Assembly: GCA_963828195.1 (NCBI GenBank)
Contig: CAWHDT010000005.1
Location: 160,001-224,000, forward strand
Reading direction: 5' to 3'
Source of the DNA: Candidatus Bathyarchaeota archaeon
Lineage (GTDB): Archaea > Thermoproteota > Bathyarchaeia > Bathyarchaeales > Bathycorpusculaceae
Length of the DNA: 64,000 nucleotides
Under the pieces are notes generated by a model. That model ran no database searches and was not told where the DNA came from. It saw nothing but the letters and a program-made list of their open reading frames with translations. This document shows positions 10,062-19,189 of this stretch, piece after piece; within the stretch, counting starts at the first letter, position 1, and each line of letters begins with the position of its first letter. A program made the translations under genes and the position numbers.

Positions 10062-10528
10062 TATTTCGCACCCTTCTTCTCATATAAAATGATCGCGATT
10101 CCTAAAGCCACCGTCAAAATAACGAGGGCTTGCAAAATAACATCTACGCCGCTTAAGTTCCAGAGGGCGTTCCCAAAAGAAGTGTTAGAATAATAGGATT
10201 CTGTTGAACTTGATATTGAAAGAAAGATGGCGGGCAACGATAAAATTGCGCCTGCACCGATCAATGCTGAGAGTTTTATGGGCGAAGTTTTCTTGGTAGA
10301 TTTCTCGCTCAGCATTTCTCCTGATAAAAACAGGATGGCTAATGTGCCTACGCCGACTACGAACTGGAAAATAGCTGCGTAAACCGCGCCGTTTTCTAAG
10401 TAAAGTAACGCTGTAAAAAGAAAGGTGCCTGCTAAAGCTGCAACGGAATATACTACTTCGTCAAGAAATAGTGCGAGGCACGCGGAAATTATTAAGCCGA
10501 TTGAGAGGATTTCAAGGATGATGATCAT
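10061..10528 (-). CDS. nuoJ: NuoJ-like membrane subunit
   Basis: A.YAAIFQ..VGVG.LAILFL; position between I and K. Confidence 0.8.
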   Translation of the reverse strand: MIIILEILSIGLIISACLALFLDEVVYSVAALAGTFLFTALLYLENGAVYAAIFQFVVGVGTLAILFLSGEMLSEKSTKKTSPIKLSALIGAGAILSLPAIFLSISSSTESYYSNTSFGNALWNLSGVDVILQALVILTVALGIAIILYEKKGAK

Positions 10529-10989
10529 TTTTTCGCAGGCTCCTTAGCGTTCGGTTGAGGTTTTACAATTAATGACGATTTATCGGTTGTGGCTAACTCG
10601 TAGTCGCCTGAGCCTTTTATTGCAGCTCGGGGGCAGCTTTCTACACATTGATTGCAGAAAATGCATTTGTTAAAATCGAATTGCGGACGTTTTTTGCCAT
10701 CCACCTCCACTATTTCGATTGCGAAGGCTGGGCAATCTCGGGCGCATACGGTGCAATGTGTGTTGACTAGTGCCTGTACATCAAAACCTAACTCGCCTTG
10801 TGTGCCGCTGAGATCGATCATGTTGCATGATTTAATGGTGTAAACTGGCTTGCCTCTATAATCCTCGGGAAGCTTCGGTTTCACGAAGGGGTACTTTGTC
10901 GTGGCTGGTTTAGTGAAGATGTGGGAAACAGTTCTTTGCCACATTGGAGATAAACGTGATTTCTTTGTCTTTGCCTTTGTCTTAGTCAT
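10525..10989 (-). CDS. nuoI: NuoI-like 2x[4Fe-4S] ferredoxin subunit
   Basis: T.KYPF...YRG; CTVCARDCP and CIFCNQCVESCP. Confidence 0.9.
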   Translation of the reverse strand: MTKTKAKTKKSRLSPMWQRTVSHIFTKPATTKYPFVKPKLPEDYRGKPVYTIKSCNMIDLSGTQGELGFDVQALVNTHCTVCARDCPAFAIEIVEVDGKKRPQFDFNKCIFCNQCVESCPRAAIKGSGDYELATTDKSSLIVKPQPNAKEPAKK

Positions 10990-10993
10990 TTTT

Positions 10994-11977
10994 TTACACC
11001 AGCGGGAAAACCCATGTTTTCAGTGCTACAGTTAACATTAGTGCCAATATTGCTGCGGGCAAGAGTATTCTCCAGTTTGCTGACAACACTTGGTCTATGC
11101 GCAATCTCGCAAAAAGGGTAGTTATGTACTCAGTAACTATTACGACCGCCAACAGCTTAAGAACAAACCACAAGGAATACCAGAACGCAGGCAATCCAAA
11201 GAACACGGGTCCATATGGCCCGCCGAGGAACAATTCAACCACCAGAGCCGCTCCGAAAACAATCTGCACGTCTCGGGTTAAATGGAGGAAGGCTAATTTG
11301 GCGCCTGTGTATTCGGTTGTTATTCCGCCGACCAATTCGCTTTCTGCATCAGGGACGTCAAAGGGGTCCTTTTCCAGCTCGGCCTGCATAACTATTAGGT
11401 ACAGCACGAAGCCATAGGGCGCTAAAAGTATGTATGGAATTGCTTGATGGGCTATGGCGAATATGCCTAAGGTTCCCGCGAGAAATGCGGGTGTTAACGC
11501 AAGAATGAAAAGAGGTATGTCGTATCCGAGAAACTGGGTTAACACTCTTGCTGAACTGATAGTGCCGTAAGGATTGCATGATGCCCAACCTGAAAGGAAC
11601 AGCAGAAAGCTAGCGATGGTTGAGAAGGTCAAAATAATAATTAAGTCACCGTTAAACCCTGTTGTGGAGAGGACGCTGGCACCGTCAATAGGCAAGAAGC
11701 ATATGGCGAAAACCATAACTGTGAACGCTAAAAGGGGTGCAAACTGGAAAACGGTTCTTTTAGCATCTCGTGGTTCAATGTCTTCTTTTGTTAATAGCTT
11801 TATTAAGTCCGCTACTGGCTGAAAAAGTCCGCCGGGTCCTGCGACCATTGGTCCAACGCGGTTTTGTAGGCGTGCTTCGATTTTCCGTTCTACCCAATCG
11901 CAGAATAAGGTTAAAAGTAAAATGAATGTGAAGCCTGGGAAAATTAGGATTCGGAGGATTAAATCGAAGTCAATCAT
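10994..11977 (-). CDS. nuoH: NuoH-like membrane subunit
   Basis: ERKIEARLQNRVGP, QPVADLIKLLTKED, PFDVPDAESELVGG. Confidence 0.92.
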   Translation of the reverse strand: MIDFDLILRILIFPGFTFILLLTLFCDWVERKIEARLQNRVGPMVAGPGGLFQPVADLIKLLTKEDIEPRDAKRTVFQFAPLLAFTVMVFAICFLPIDGASVLSTTGFNGDLIIILTFSTIASFLLFLSGWASCNPYGTISSARVLTQFLGYDIPLFILALTPAFLAGTLGIFAIAHQAIPYILLAPYGFVLYLIVMQAELEKDPFDVPDAESELVGGITTEYTGAKLAFLHLTRDVQIVFGAALVVELFLGGPYGPVFFGLPAFWYSLWFVLKLLAVVIVTEYITTLFARLRIDQVLSANWRILLPAAILALMLTVALKTWVFPLV

Positions 11978-11983
11978 TGCGGA

Positions 11984-13555
11984 TCATCTGTCTGTGCATG
12001 AGAAGCAGGGGTCTAAGCTTACAAAGTTCGGCGGAACATCAGCGATGTTTTCCCCTATTGCTGTCTTCAGGAATGAGGGTATGTTTGCGAAGGTTGGAGT
12101 GCGCACTTTAACTCTTTCTGGGTTTGGAGTGCCGTTGCCTTTAACGTAGTAGAACAACTCGCCTCTTGGAGCCTCATTGCGGGAAACGGCTTCTCCTGCA
12201 GGCACGTTTCTGGGCACAGTAACTCGGAAAGGCCCTGTTGGCAAATGGTCAACTGCATACTGGATTATGTTAATGCTTTCTTCAACTTCATCCATGCGAA
12301 CATTCATTCTTGCCCAAGTGTCGCCAGTAGTGTAAACTATCTCTTTGAAGGGAATCTCGCCATACGCCTCATACGGGTCGTCTTTGCGAACATCGATGTC
12401 ATAGCCTGATCCTCGGGCTACGGGACCAACGACGCCAAGCTTTATTGCATCCTCCCTTTTGAGTACACCTACATTTTGCATACGAGCCTTTATTGACGCC
12501 TCATGTTCGTAGATTTGACGGTAAAACGGCAGCTTCTTTCTCAGATCTTCCAAGGTTGTCTTGATTTTGGGGATATCGGTTTCTTTCAGGTCTCTTCTAA
12601 CTCCGCCTATAGTCATCATGGAAGCGTAAACGCGGTTACCGCTTGTTAACTCGATTAAATCCATGATTGGTTCTCGGTCTCTCCAGAAATATTGAAATAG
12701 GGTCTCGTAGCCGATTTCTAATCCAGCGTGGCCTAAAGTTAGCAAGTGACTGTGGAGCCTGTTTAGCTCTAAAGCTACGACTCTTAGGTATTTTGCTCTT
12801 GGCGGAACGTCGGTTTGTAATATTTTCTCAGTTGCAGCAACAAAGCCGTAGGCGTGGCAAGCGTTGCAGATGCCGCAGATTCGCTCCACCAAATAAACAT
12901 CCTGCACGTAAGTCCGAGACTCAGACGCTTTTTCTATGCCGCGATGAACATAGCCGATTCTGGGTTCAACCTTGGTTACGGTTTCTCCTTCGACGGTTAC
13001 AGCGAATTTTTCTGGCTCAAGCAACGCAGGATGCTGTGGACCAATAATGATTTTTACGACGTTCTTATCTGCAGGTTGCTTAGTTTCTGCCGGCGCCGGG
13101 TTAAGTTTTACTTCGTTCGCTTTAACATCTTTTCTTAACGGGTAAACGCCTTCAGGCCAATACTCAGATAAAACAAAGTGACCTGATAATGTATTTCCTT
13201 CGAAAACTACGCCGAAAAGGTCTGATACTTCCAACTCAGAAAAGACGGCGCCTGGAATAATGTCGGTTATTGTTTGGATTTTTGGGTTGTCTTTAGGTAC
13301 TTCAGTGCGTATGGTTATGAAAGCGTTTGATGTACGTATGTGGTATAATACGCCCAGGTTTGCGCCAAGGTCTAAACCTGTTATGGCGGTGATGGTGGTT
13401 TTTTCGTCTGCTTCGACCATGGCTTGGAGAACATCTCTTTGTAATCCATTGCTGGTTGTTATGGCGGCTGTGCCAAGTTGACCTAGTTGAATTTGGACTT
13501 TACCTTTAAGTTTAGATTCAATCGCACTAACAATATCTATTCTACTGTTTGACAT
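11984..13555 (-). CDS. Group 4 [NiFe] hydrogenase large subunit fused to NuoC-like domain (NuoCD-like)
   Basis: N-terminal 30-kDa-like domain (ELEVSDLFGVVF...YPLRKD); Ni-binding L1 ERICGICNACH and L2 DPCFSCTDR. Confidence 0.92.
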   Translation of the reverse strand: MSNSRIDIVSAIESKLKGKVQIQLGQLGTAAITTSNGLQRDVLQAMVEADEKTTITAITGLDLGANLGVLYHIRTSNAFITIRTEVPKDNPKIQTITDIIPGAVFSELEVSDLFGVVFEGNTLSGHFVLSEYWPEGVYPLRKDVKANEVKLNPAPAETKQPADKNVVKIIIGPQHPALLEPEKFAVTVEGETVTKVEPRIGYVHRGIEKASESRTYVQDVYLVERICGICNACHAYGFVAATEKILQTDVPPRAKYLRVVALELNRLHSHLLTLGHAGLEIGYETLFQYFWRDREPIMDLIELTSGNRVYASMMTIGGVRRDLKETDIPKIKTTLEDLRKKLPFYRQIYEHEASIKARMQNVGVLKREDAIKLGVVGPVARGSGYDIDVRKDDPYEAYGEIPFKEIVYTTGDTWARMNVRMDEVEESINIIQYAVDHLPTGPFRVTVPRNVPAGEAVSRNEAPRGELFYYVKGNGTPNPERVKVRTPTFANIPSFLKTAIGENIADVPPNFVSLDPCFSCTDR

Positions 13556-14111
13556 CTGTTTTTGTCTCCTTTATTTCTGGTTTGACTTCTGGCGAAGCCA
13601 CAATCACCTCAGGTTGGGCAACAACTGGTTTTGCCGGCGCCTCAGGAAGCGGGGGCTGTTTTTCCTGTTTCGGCTGCTTCTTCGGTTTAGGCGGATCTAA
13701 CGCGTTCAGAAGCTTTACCACTCCATCGATGAGGGCTTCAGGCCGCGGTGGGCATCCAGGTATGTAAGCGTTAACTGGGAGGATTTTGTCTACGCCGCCT
13801 ACTACATTGTAGTTTCCCTCAAAAACGCCGCCGCTGCACGCGCAGGCGCCGATGGCGACAACGAATTTGGGCTGTGGCATTTGATCGTAGACTCGTTTCA
13901 ATCTTTCTGCGCATTGTTGAGTGACGCAGCCTGTTACCAGCAGGACGTCGGCGTGTCTTGGCGAAGGCTCAAGTTTTATGCCGAATCGTTCAACATCATA
14001 CTTCGGCGTTAGCAAAGCAACTATTTCAATGTCGCAGCCATTGCACGCGCCCGAGTTAAAATGCAGGACCCAAGGAGACTTTACTCTTGCCCAAGTCACA
14101 TAGTTCGTCAT
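13542..14111 (-). CDS. nuoB: Hydrogenase small subunit (NuoB-like)
   Basis: CNGCDIE (CxxC hydrogenase type), SPRHADVLLVTG, IGACACSGG, IPGCPPRPE. Confidence 0.92.
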   Translation of the reverse strand: MTNYVTWARVKSPWVLHFNSGACNGCDIEIVALLTPKYDVERFGIKLEPSPRHADVLLVTGCVTQQCAERLKRVYDQMPQPKFVVAIGACACSGGVFEGNYNVVGGVDKILPVNAYIPGCPPRPEALIDGVVKLLNALDPPKPKKQPKQEKQPPLPEAPAKPVVAQPEVIVASPEVKPEIKETKTDVKQ

Positions 14112-14455
14112 CAGTCTTTTCCTCCTTCCAAAAGAACGAAGCCTGCGGCAAGGATAATGCCGAGATACAAGATTAAAAGATACGGATTTATGCCGGCTAT
14201 GGCGATGGAAGCAAAAGCAAGGACAAGCACGGCTGAGTCAAAAATTATGAAGTAAATTAAATATTTGTAGAGGGAAACGTTGATTTTTAATCCTGGGAAA
14301 GACGCTTTTTCTCCGCAAGCGTAAGATGCCTGCTCGTTTTCGCTTATGGTTGTTTTAGGCGCGGACCTTTTGCCTAAAGCGTAGATTCCAAGCGTCAGTA
14401 TGAATATCAAAATAAACGCGATGATGGCTTCAATAATCATCCATTGTTGCTCCAT
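14111..14455 (-). CDS. nuoA: NuoA-like membrane subunit
   Basis: YACGE loop, YLIYFIIFD, three TM segments; first gene of operon. Confidence 0.85.
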   Translation of the reverse strand: MEQQWMIIEAIIAFILIFILTLGIYALGKRSAPKTTISENEQASYACGEKASFPGLKINVSLYKYLIYFIIFDSAVLVLAFASIAIAGINPYLLILYLGIILAAGFVLLEGGKD

Positions 14456-14931
14456 TATGGCTTTTGTGTTTAAACATTAAAGCTGCCTCAGAGGTACGTT
14501 TAAATTGGGACTTGGTATAGCCAAAAACGGCGTTATGAAGATATTTAAGCTTATTTGCAGTAAAACTGTTCAAACAGGCAGTCTCGTTGATGGGCAAAGC
14601 GTCGTCTTCCCCCAAATAAGCGAGATCAGCTTGATACCCGTATATACGGTATATACTCTCTCGTGCAGCTAATTCTTCTCCCATACTACCCCGAGCTAGT
14701 TCTCAATAAGAGCAACGCTTAGATTTAAATATTAACAAATAAACGGTGCGAATTCAATGACTTGGTCCCGTGGCTAACGCAGGAATTTTTGGAAAACAAA
14801 TAAATCTCAAGTGAGTTTCAGCTTGAAAAACTCACGTAAAGAACACAGACCTCATGCATCTCTAATTAACAGTGAAAAATTTTGATGCGAAATTTTTAAT
14901 GGTTTATCAAAAAACGATGACCTTCAGCTAA

Positions 14932-15417
14932 CTATTCATGCATCAACACAACCTCACCGGGGGCAAGCCAAATGTCCCTGTAAAACGCAAAAACTCGTCC
15001 GCCGAAAAGCCGCCAAAGCTCCAGAAAACCCATTCTTCGAAAGCCGTTAAGTGTCAATACGCGCAGGGCACCGGTATTTCGTCTTTGGGTAGAGGCGAAA
15101 ACTGCTTTTGCCCCATCTTTTTTAAGTTGCTGAGTTCCCTCGTTTGTAAGTGCGCTTGCAACGCCTTTTCTGCGAAAATGCGGATGGACAGCTATCCAAA
15201 ATATGCAGCCGAACTTTGCGGAGCCGACTTGGAAGCTTATGAGTTTAACAAATCCAACCACTGCTCCTTGCGCTTCGGCTACAAACACTGCCCCCTCTTC
15301 ACTTAAGCTATGTAAGGCAAAAAAACCCAGAAACCTTGAAAAAGAAACATCTATTATTTGCTTAACACTATCGGCGTCGCTTGGCATCATTTGCCTAATT
15401 ATAAACTCTGAGTTCAC
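14932..15417 (-). CDS. GNAT family N-acetyltransferase
   Basis: IAVHPHFRRKGVASAL motif A; NTGALRV...GF. Confidence 0.9.
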   Translation of the reverse strand: MNSEFIIRQMMPSDADSVKQIIDVSFSRFLGFFALHSLSEEGAVFVAEAQGAVVGFVKLISFQVGSAKFGCIFWIAVHPHFRRKGVASALTNEGTQQLKKDGAKAVFASTQRRNTGALRVLTLNGFRRMGFLELWRLFGGRVFAFYRDIWLAPGEVVLMHE

Positions 15418-15481
15418 AACAGACCCTTAGTCTAAGAGTAATTTAAAACTAATTGAAGATAAAAAATTAAAAGCGCTTAAT

Positions 15482-16624
15482 CTACGGTGGAGTTAGGGGT
15501 GGGACGCCAGGTTTCGGCTCCAGCGTCTCGTCGGGTTTTTTGTTTGAAAATATTAGGGAGGTTGATTTTACGATCTGTGGCACTCCTGCAAGGTCTTCAA
15601 AGACTAGCAAGCCACGTGCAAGCAATGCGAATGCGGCTATTGGCGCGACCAGTTCTGGGTGTGCAGGAACGTTAGCGACGAGTCCCAAGATGCCTATAAT
15701 TCCGAATTCTTGCACGCCGATTCCCGCTGGAGTTATTGGCACGAATGCGAGAGCGGTTACTAGCGGGTGAATCAGGAAGAAAGCTAACCACCACCACCAG
15801 GTTAATTGTGAGATTCCTAATGCGTAGCCTAAAAACCACCATTCAAAACCTTTTATAACCCAACATGAGAAGGTCAAACCTAATATTTCTGGGATAGCTT
15901 TGCTAGTGGCGCCGCTGCTTTCTTTGTATTCCTCAAGCTTTCCCATTATGCCGCCTGTAAACCTTTTTAGAAATCTTGAATTTGCAATTTTGTCAAATAT
16001 TGAAATGGCTCTTTGAGACCATGTAAAAGCTGCAAGCACGGCTGCCCCAACTGTCATCAATGCTATTCCGAGTATTGCCGCAAGAATGCCAATATTTACT
16101 CCAAAAATGCTTACATGATGAAATACTTCAGCCCATGTTGCGGGTGGCGCTACGCTTACAAGAAAAATTACCGCGCCTATTCCGCCGATTACCTTGATTA
16201 GAAATTCAAATGTTTGGATGCCAAGAACGCTTGAGAGACCCTTTGCTGCTGGAACGTTTTGGTCTCTTAAATAAACTGGCGTTAGAATGTATCCTGAGCG
16301 TCCAGGAGTGACATCGCTTGTTAGCATACCTGCATACTGGGCGAGTAATGTTTTGCCAAATGATGTTTTAACATTATTTTTGCTTAGAACTCTCCTTAGC
16401 CTCACTGTGAATAGAAGGTTTATTCCAAAGTACATGAGGAAAGCAAGAAGCAAGTACTCGACCTTGATATGCAGCAGAGCAGTGTAAACAGACCCTACAC
16501 CCACATACCAAAATAACGCTGCTAAAATCGCCACCATGAACACTACTTCAAGAGCGATTCGGAGAATTTGCCTTGAACGATGAGATTTTTGTTTTTGCTG
16601 ACTTAATAACACTGAGGTCGTCAT
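15482..16624 (-). CDS. Lysylphosphatidylglycerol-synthase-TM / UPF0104 flippase-like membrane protein
   Basis: SDVTPGRSG and VPITPAGIGVQE motifs; multiple TM segments. Confidence 0.85.
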   Translation of the reverse strand: MTTSVLLSQQKQKSHRSRQILRIALEVVFMVAILAALFWYVGVGSVYTALLHIKVEYLLLAFLMYFGINLLFTVRLRRVLSKNNVKTSFGKTLLAQYAGMLTSDVTPGRSGYILTPVYLRDQNVPAAKGLSSVLGIQTFEFLIKVIGGIGAVIFLVSVAPPATWAEVFHHVSIFGVNIGILAAILGIALMTVGAAVLAAFTWSQRAISIFDKIANSRFLKRFTGGIMGKLEEYKESSGATSKAIPEILGLTFSCWVIKGFEWWFLGYALGISQLTWWWWLAFFLIHPLVTALAFVPITPAGIGVQEFGIIGILGLVANVPAHPELVAPIAAFALLARGLLVFEDLAGVPQIVKSTSLIFSNKKPDETLEPKPGVPPLTPP

Positions 16625-16873
16625 TGTGAAAGAACCATCTGGTTTGACTGTTAAATCTCTTACGGAAAAAAACGGATAGTTGTTCCTTAGAAAATAAGAG
16701 ATAAATCAAGTTAACTAGGCCCAAAGAGGGTTAAAGTTCAGGTAAAAACGTAATCTATCACAGACACAACGAAAACCAAAGGGGAAATATCATTGTATTC
16801 TTCTCGTAAGATAATTTACCTATAATCTATAAGCCTTAAATAATCATCCCTAACAATGCCTATACAGGTTTAA

Positions 16874-17803
16874 ATGAAGCTTCGCATACCCGTCGTTCTC
16901 CTTATCGCTGTGGCATGCCTACTGATAATAGCGCCCTTGGGAAAAGTTCAAGCTCAAACCTACAGCCAATACAAAATCATGCTGAACAGTGACGGCTCCG
17001 CTTCTTGGACAATCACTCAAGTATCAGACTTAAACGGAACAGTTGATACATTTGCAGATTTTCAGCAAAAAGTCACCATCCTCGTATCCGCGGCAGCAAA
17101 TCAAACCCAAAGGCCAATGCAGGCAGACAGCGATTCCTTCCAAACAAGCACCAACATTACTTCAAGCGACTCAAAAACCACCGAGTACATGTTCACATGG
17201 CTTAACTTCAGCGAAACAGAAAATCAGCGATTAATTGTAGGAGACGTTTTCACGGTACCTGAATTTTTTAATCAGCTTTACGGTGACGGCGCCCTACAAA
17301 TCAATTATCCCGCGAACTACACGCTGCAGTCTGTTTCCCCCACGCCTGACGAAAAAGATGCTTCGACACAGACGCTTCAGTGGCTTGGAACCCAATTTTT
17401 CGTAGCTTCCCACCCCAGCATCATCCTTGTAGCCCAAGACCAAACTCCAGCCAGTTCTGGACAACAATACTTTCTATTCGGCTCAATCGCAGCAGCGTTT
17501 GTTGCCGCAGTAGCTGTTGCATCATGGTTCCTGCTTTCAAAGCGACGCCATAAACAAACCGTTAAAGAAGTGCCAGCAGCAGCTGAGACCTTACTTGAAA
17601 CTGAGGAAGAAAAAATCCTCAAAGTTCTACGGTCAAACGGCGGCAGCGCATATCAATCTGCTATCACGGAGCAGAGCAGGTTTTCTAAAGCCAAAACAAG
17701 TCAACTGTTGAGTGCCTTAGAGGCTAAGGGTGTTGTGCGAAGATATAAAAAGGGAAGGGATAAAATAGTTACCCTTAACGAACAGGCAAAAGGCGGAAAA
17801 TAA
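16874..17803 (+). CDS. Membrane-anchored transcriptional regulator (ectodomain-TM-wHTH, COG2512-like)
   Basis: Signal peptide, extracellular domain, TM, then EEKILKVL...YQSAI...SKAKTSQLLSALEAKGVVRRYKKGRDKIV. Confidence 0.85.
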   Translation: MKLRIPVVLLIAVACLLIIAPLGKVQAQTYSQYKIMLNSDGSASWTITQVSDLNGTVDTFADFQQKVTILVSAAANQTQRPMQADSDSFQTSTNITSSDSKTTEYMFTWLNFSETENQRLIVGDVFTVPEFFNQLYGDGALQINYPANYTLQSVSPTPDEKDASTQTLQWLGTQFFVASHPSIILVAQDQTPASSGQQYFLFGSIAAAFVAAVAVASWFLLSKRRHKQTVKEVPAAAETLLETEEEKILKVLRSNGGSAYQSAITEQSRFSKAKTSQLLSALEAKGVVRRYKKGRDKIVTLNEQAKGGK

Positions 17804-18595
17804 ATGCAATTTAACATGAAAAAAACAAGCGTAATTGCGCTATTAATTGTTGCTTCATTATTAGTTGTTTTACCTCTTCAAATGGTCAAGGCGCAAACAA
17901 CAACGGTGGCTGTTTCGCCACAGACAAGCACCCCTGTTGTAGGGCAAACCTTAACGATTAACATTCAGTTAAACAACGTTCAGAACCTCTACGGAGTCGA
18001 TGTGACTCTTAATTGGAACCCAGCTTATCTGAGTCTTAAGACAAATCAGTCTTTTGTGGATGTGAAAACCTATCCCAATGGAATATTGAATGATCCAGTG
18101 TCTGTGGTTGAGGATACAGCGACCCAAACAACGGGCGAATATCACTTAGTTGCGACTTCATATAGCCCAGCAACGGGATTCAGCGGAAGCGGAACTATAG
18201 CAACCTTAACGTTCACGGTAACAAGTGCTGGACAATCCTCTTTAACGCTATCAAGCACGCTTGCTAACTACGCGCCAGGTGGAACATCAGAGCCCATAAC
18301 CCACACTGACATAAGCGGCACAGTTGACGCCACCCAAACCTCATCTTCACCCTCGACATCTCCAACCCCCTCATCGTTATCCACAGCTTCACCTTCGTCT
18401 TCACCATCAACGTCTCCAACACCTTCATCATCGGCGACTTCTTCGCCCTCCACTTCATCTTCGCCTAAACCTTTCTTGCAATCAGCTACCTTTGTCGAGC
18501 TTCTCGCAGTAATCGTGGTGGTAGTTGTCATATTAGTGTCAGCAGCCGTCGTTCTATCAAGAAAAATCATGAAGAAAACTGCTTCATCCACTTAA
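17804..18595 (+). CDS. Cohesin-domain cell-surface protein with S/T/P linker and C-terminal TM anchor
   Basis: VGQTLTINI.LNNVQNLYG.DVTLNWNP, FSGSGTIATLTF; Ser/Thr/Pro stalk; TM plus basic tail. Confidence 0.8.
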   Translation: MQFNMKKTSVIALLIVASLLVVLPLQMVKAQTTTVAVSPQTSTPVVGQTLTINIQLNNVQNLYGVDVTLNWNPAYLSLKTNQSFVDVKTYPNGILNDPVSVVEDTATQTTGEYHLVATSYSPATGFSGSGTIATLTFTVTSAGQSSLTLSSTLANYAPGGTSEPITHTDISGTVDATQTSSSPSTSPTPSSLSTASPSSSPSTSPTPSSSATSSPSTSSSPKPFLQSATFVELLAVIVVVVVILVSAAVVLSRKIMKKTASST

Positions 18596-18670
18596 CTCAA
18601 CCAGACGGAATACCCGCCCTATGTCATATTTTGCGGATTCCTGTTTCTTTGCCAAATGTTGACTAATTAC

Positions 18671-18961
18671 TCAATTTTTCGCTGTTGCTTGTTTTGGTTC
18701 GCAGCCGTCGAACATTTGCCCTTTCCTTGTTCGATTTAAAATGCTGATTAATACAAACTGGAGAATGCCTCCTGAAGCGCTGGCCAATACCCATGACCAT
18801 GCGCCGAAAGCGTGAAACGAAAATGCAAAGATTGCGGTGCCAACTAGGAAAACGACGAAGCCTACGATATTGAATTTAACAAAACGTACGATCCAGTCCA
18901 AAGCCGTTTTTCCAAAACGCGTCCTAGCCTGCTTACCCATAATTATCACACTCAAAAACAA
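18671..18961 (-). CDS. GtrA-like small membrane protein
   Basis: RFVKFNIVG N-terminal motif; two to three TM segments. Confidence 0.55.
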   Translation of the reverse strand: MFLSVIIMGKQARTRFGKTALDWIVRFVKFNIVGFVVFLVGTAIFAFSFHAFGAWSWVLASASGGILQFVLISILNRTRKGQMFDGCEPKQATAKN

Positions 18962-19189
18962 GCTCCACTATATTCTGGACCATGGTAATATTTAAGCAAT
19001 ACAATTTCTTCGTCACCAAAAGGCAAACCACTCAAACGGAACGCAATCTGTCAGAAAAATTTGGGAGGGCGAGCCACCGAAAAAGTCAGAATTTGGGGGG
19101 TTGAATTCGCGTCTTCTTAACGGAAAATTTTAAAAGCGTATTTTTGATGTAACTATGTTGACTGTTTAATTTCCTGAGAGGTTGATAAA

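Noticed and set aside
14430-14684. 84-aa ORF upstream of the nuoA-like gene
   Set aside because: It overlaps the nuoA start and promoter region in another frame and has no recognisable motif; it could be real but is unsupported
18335-18470. Low-complexity tct/tca/cc repeats
   Set aside because: They encode the Ser/Thr/Pro linker of the cohesin protein
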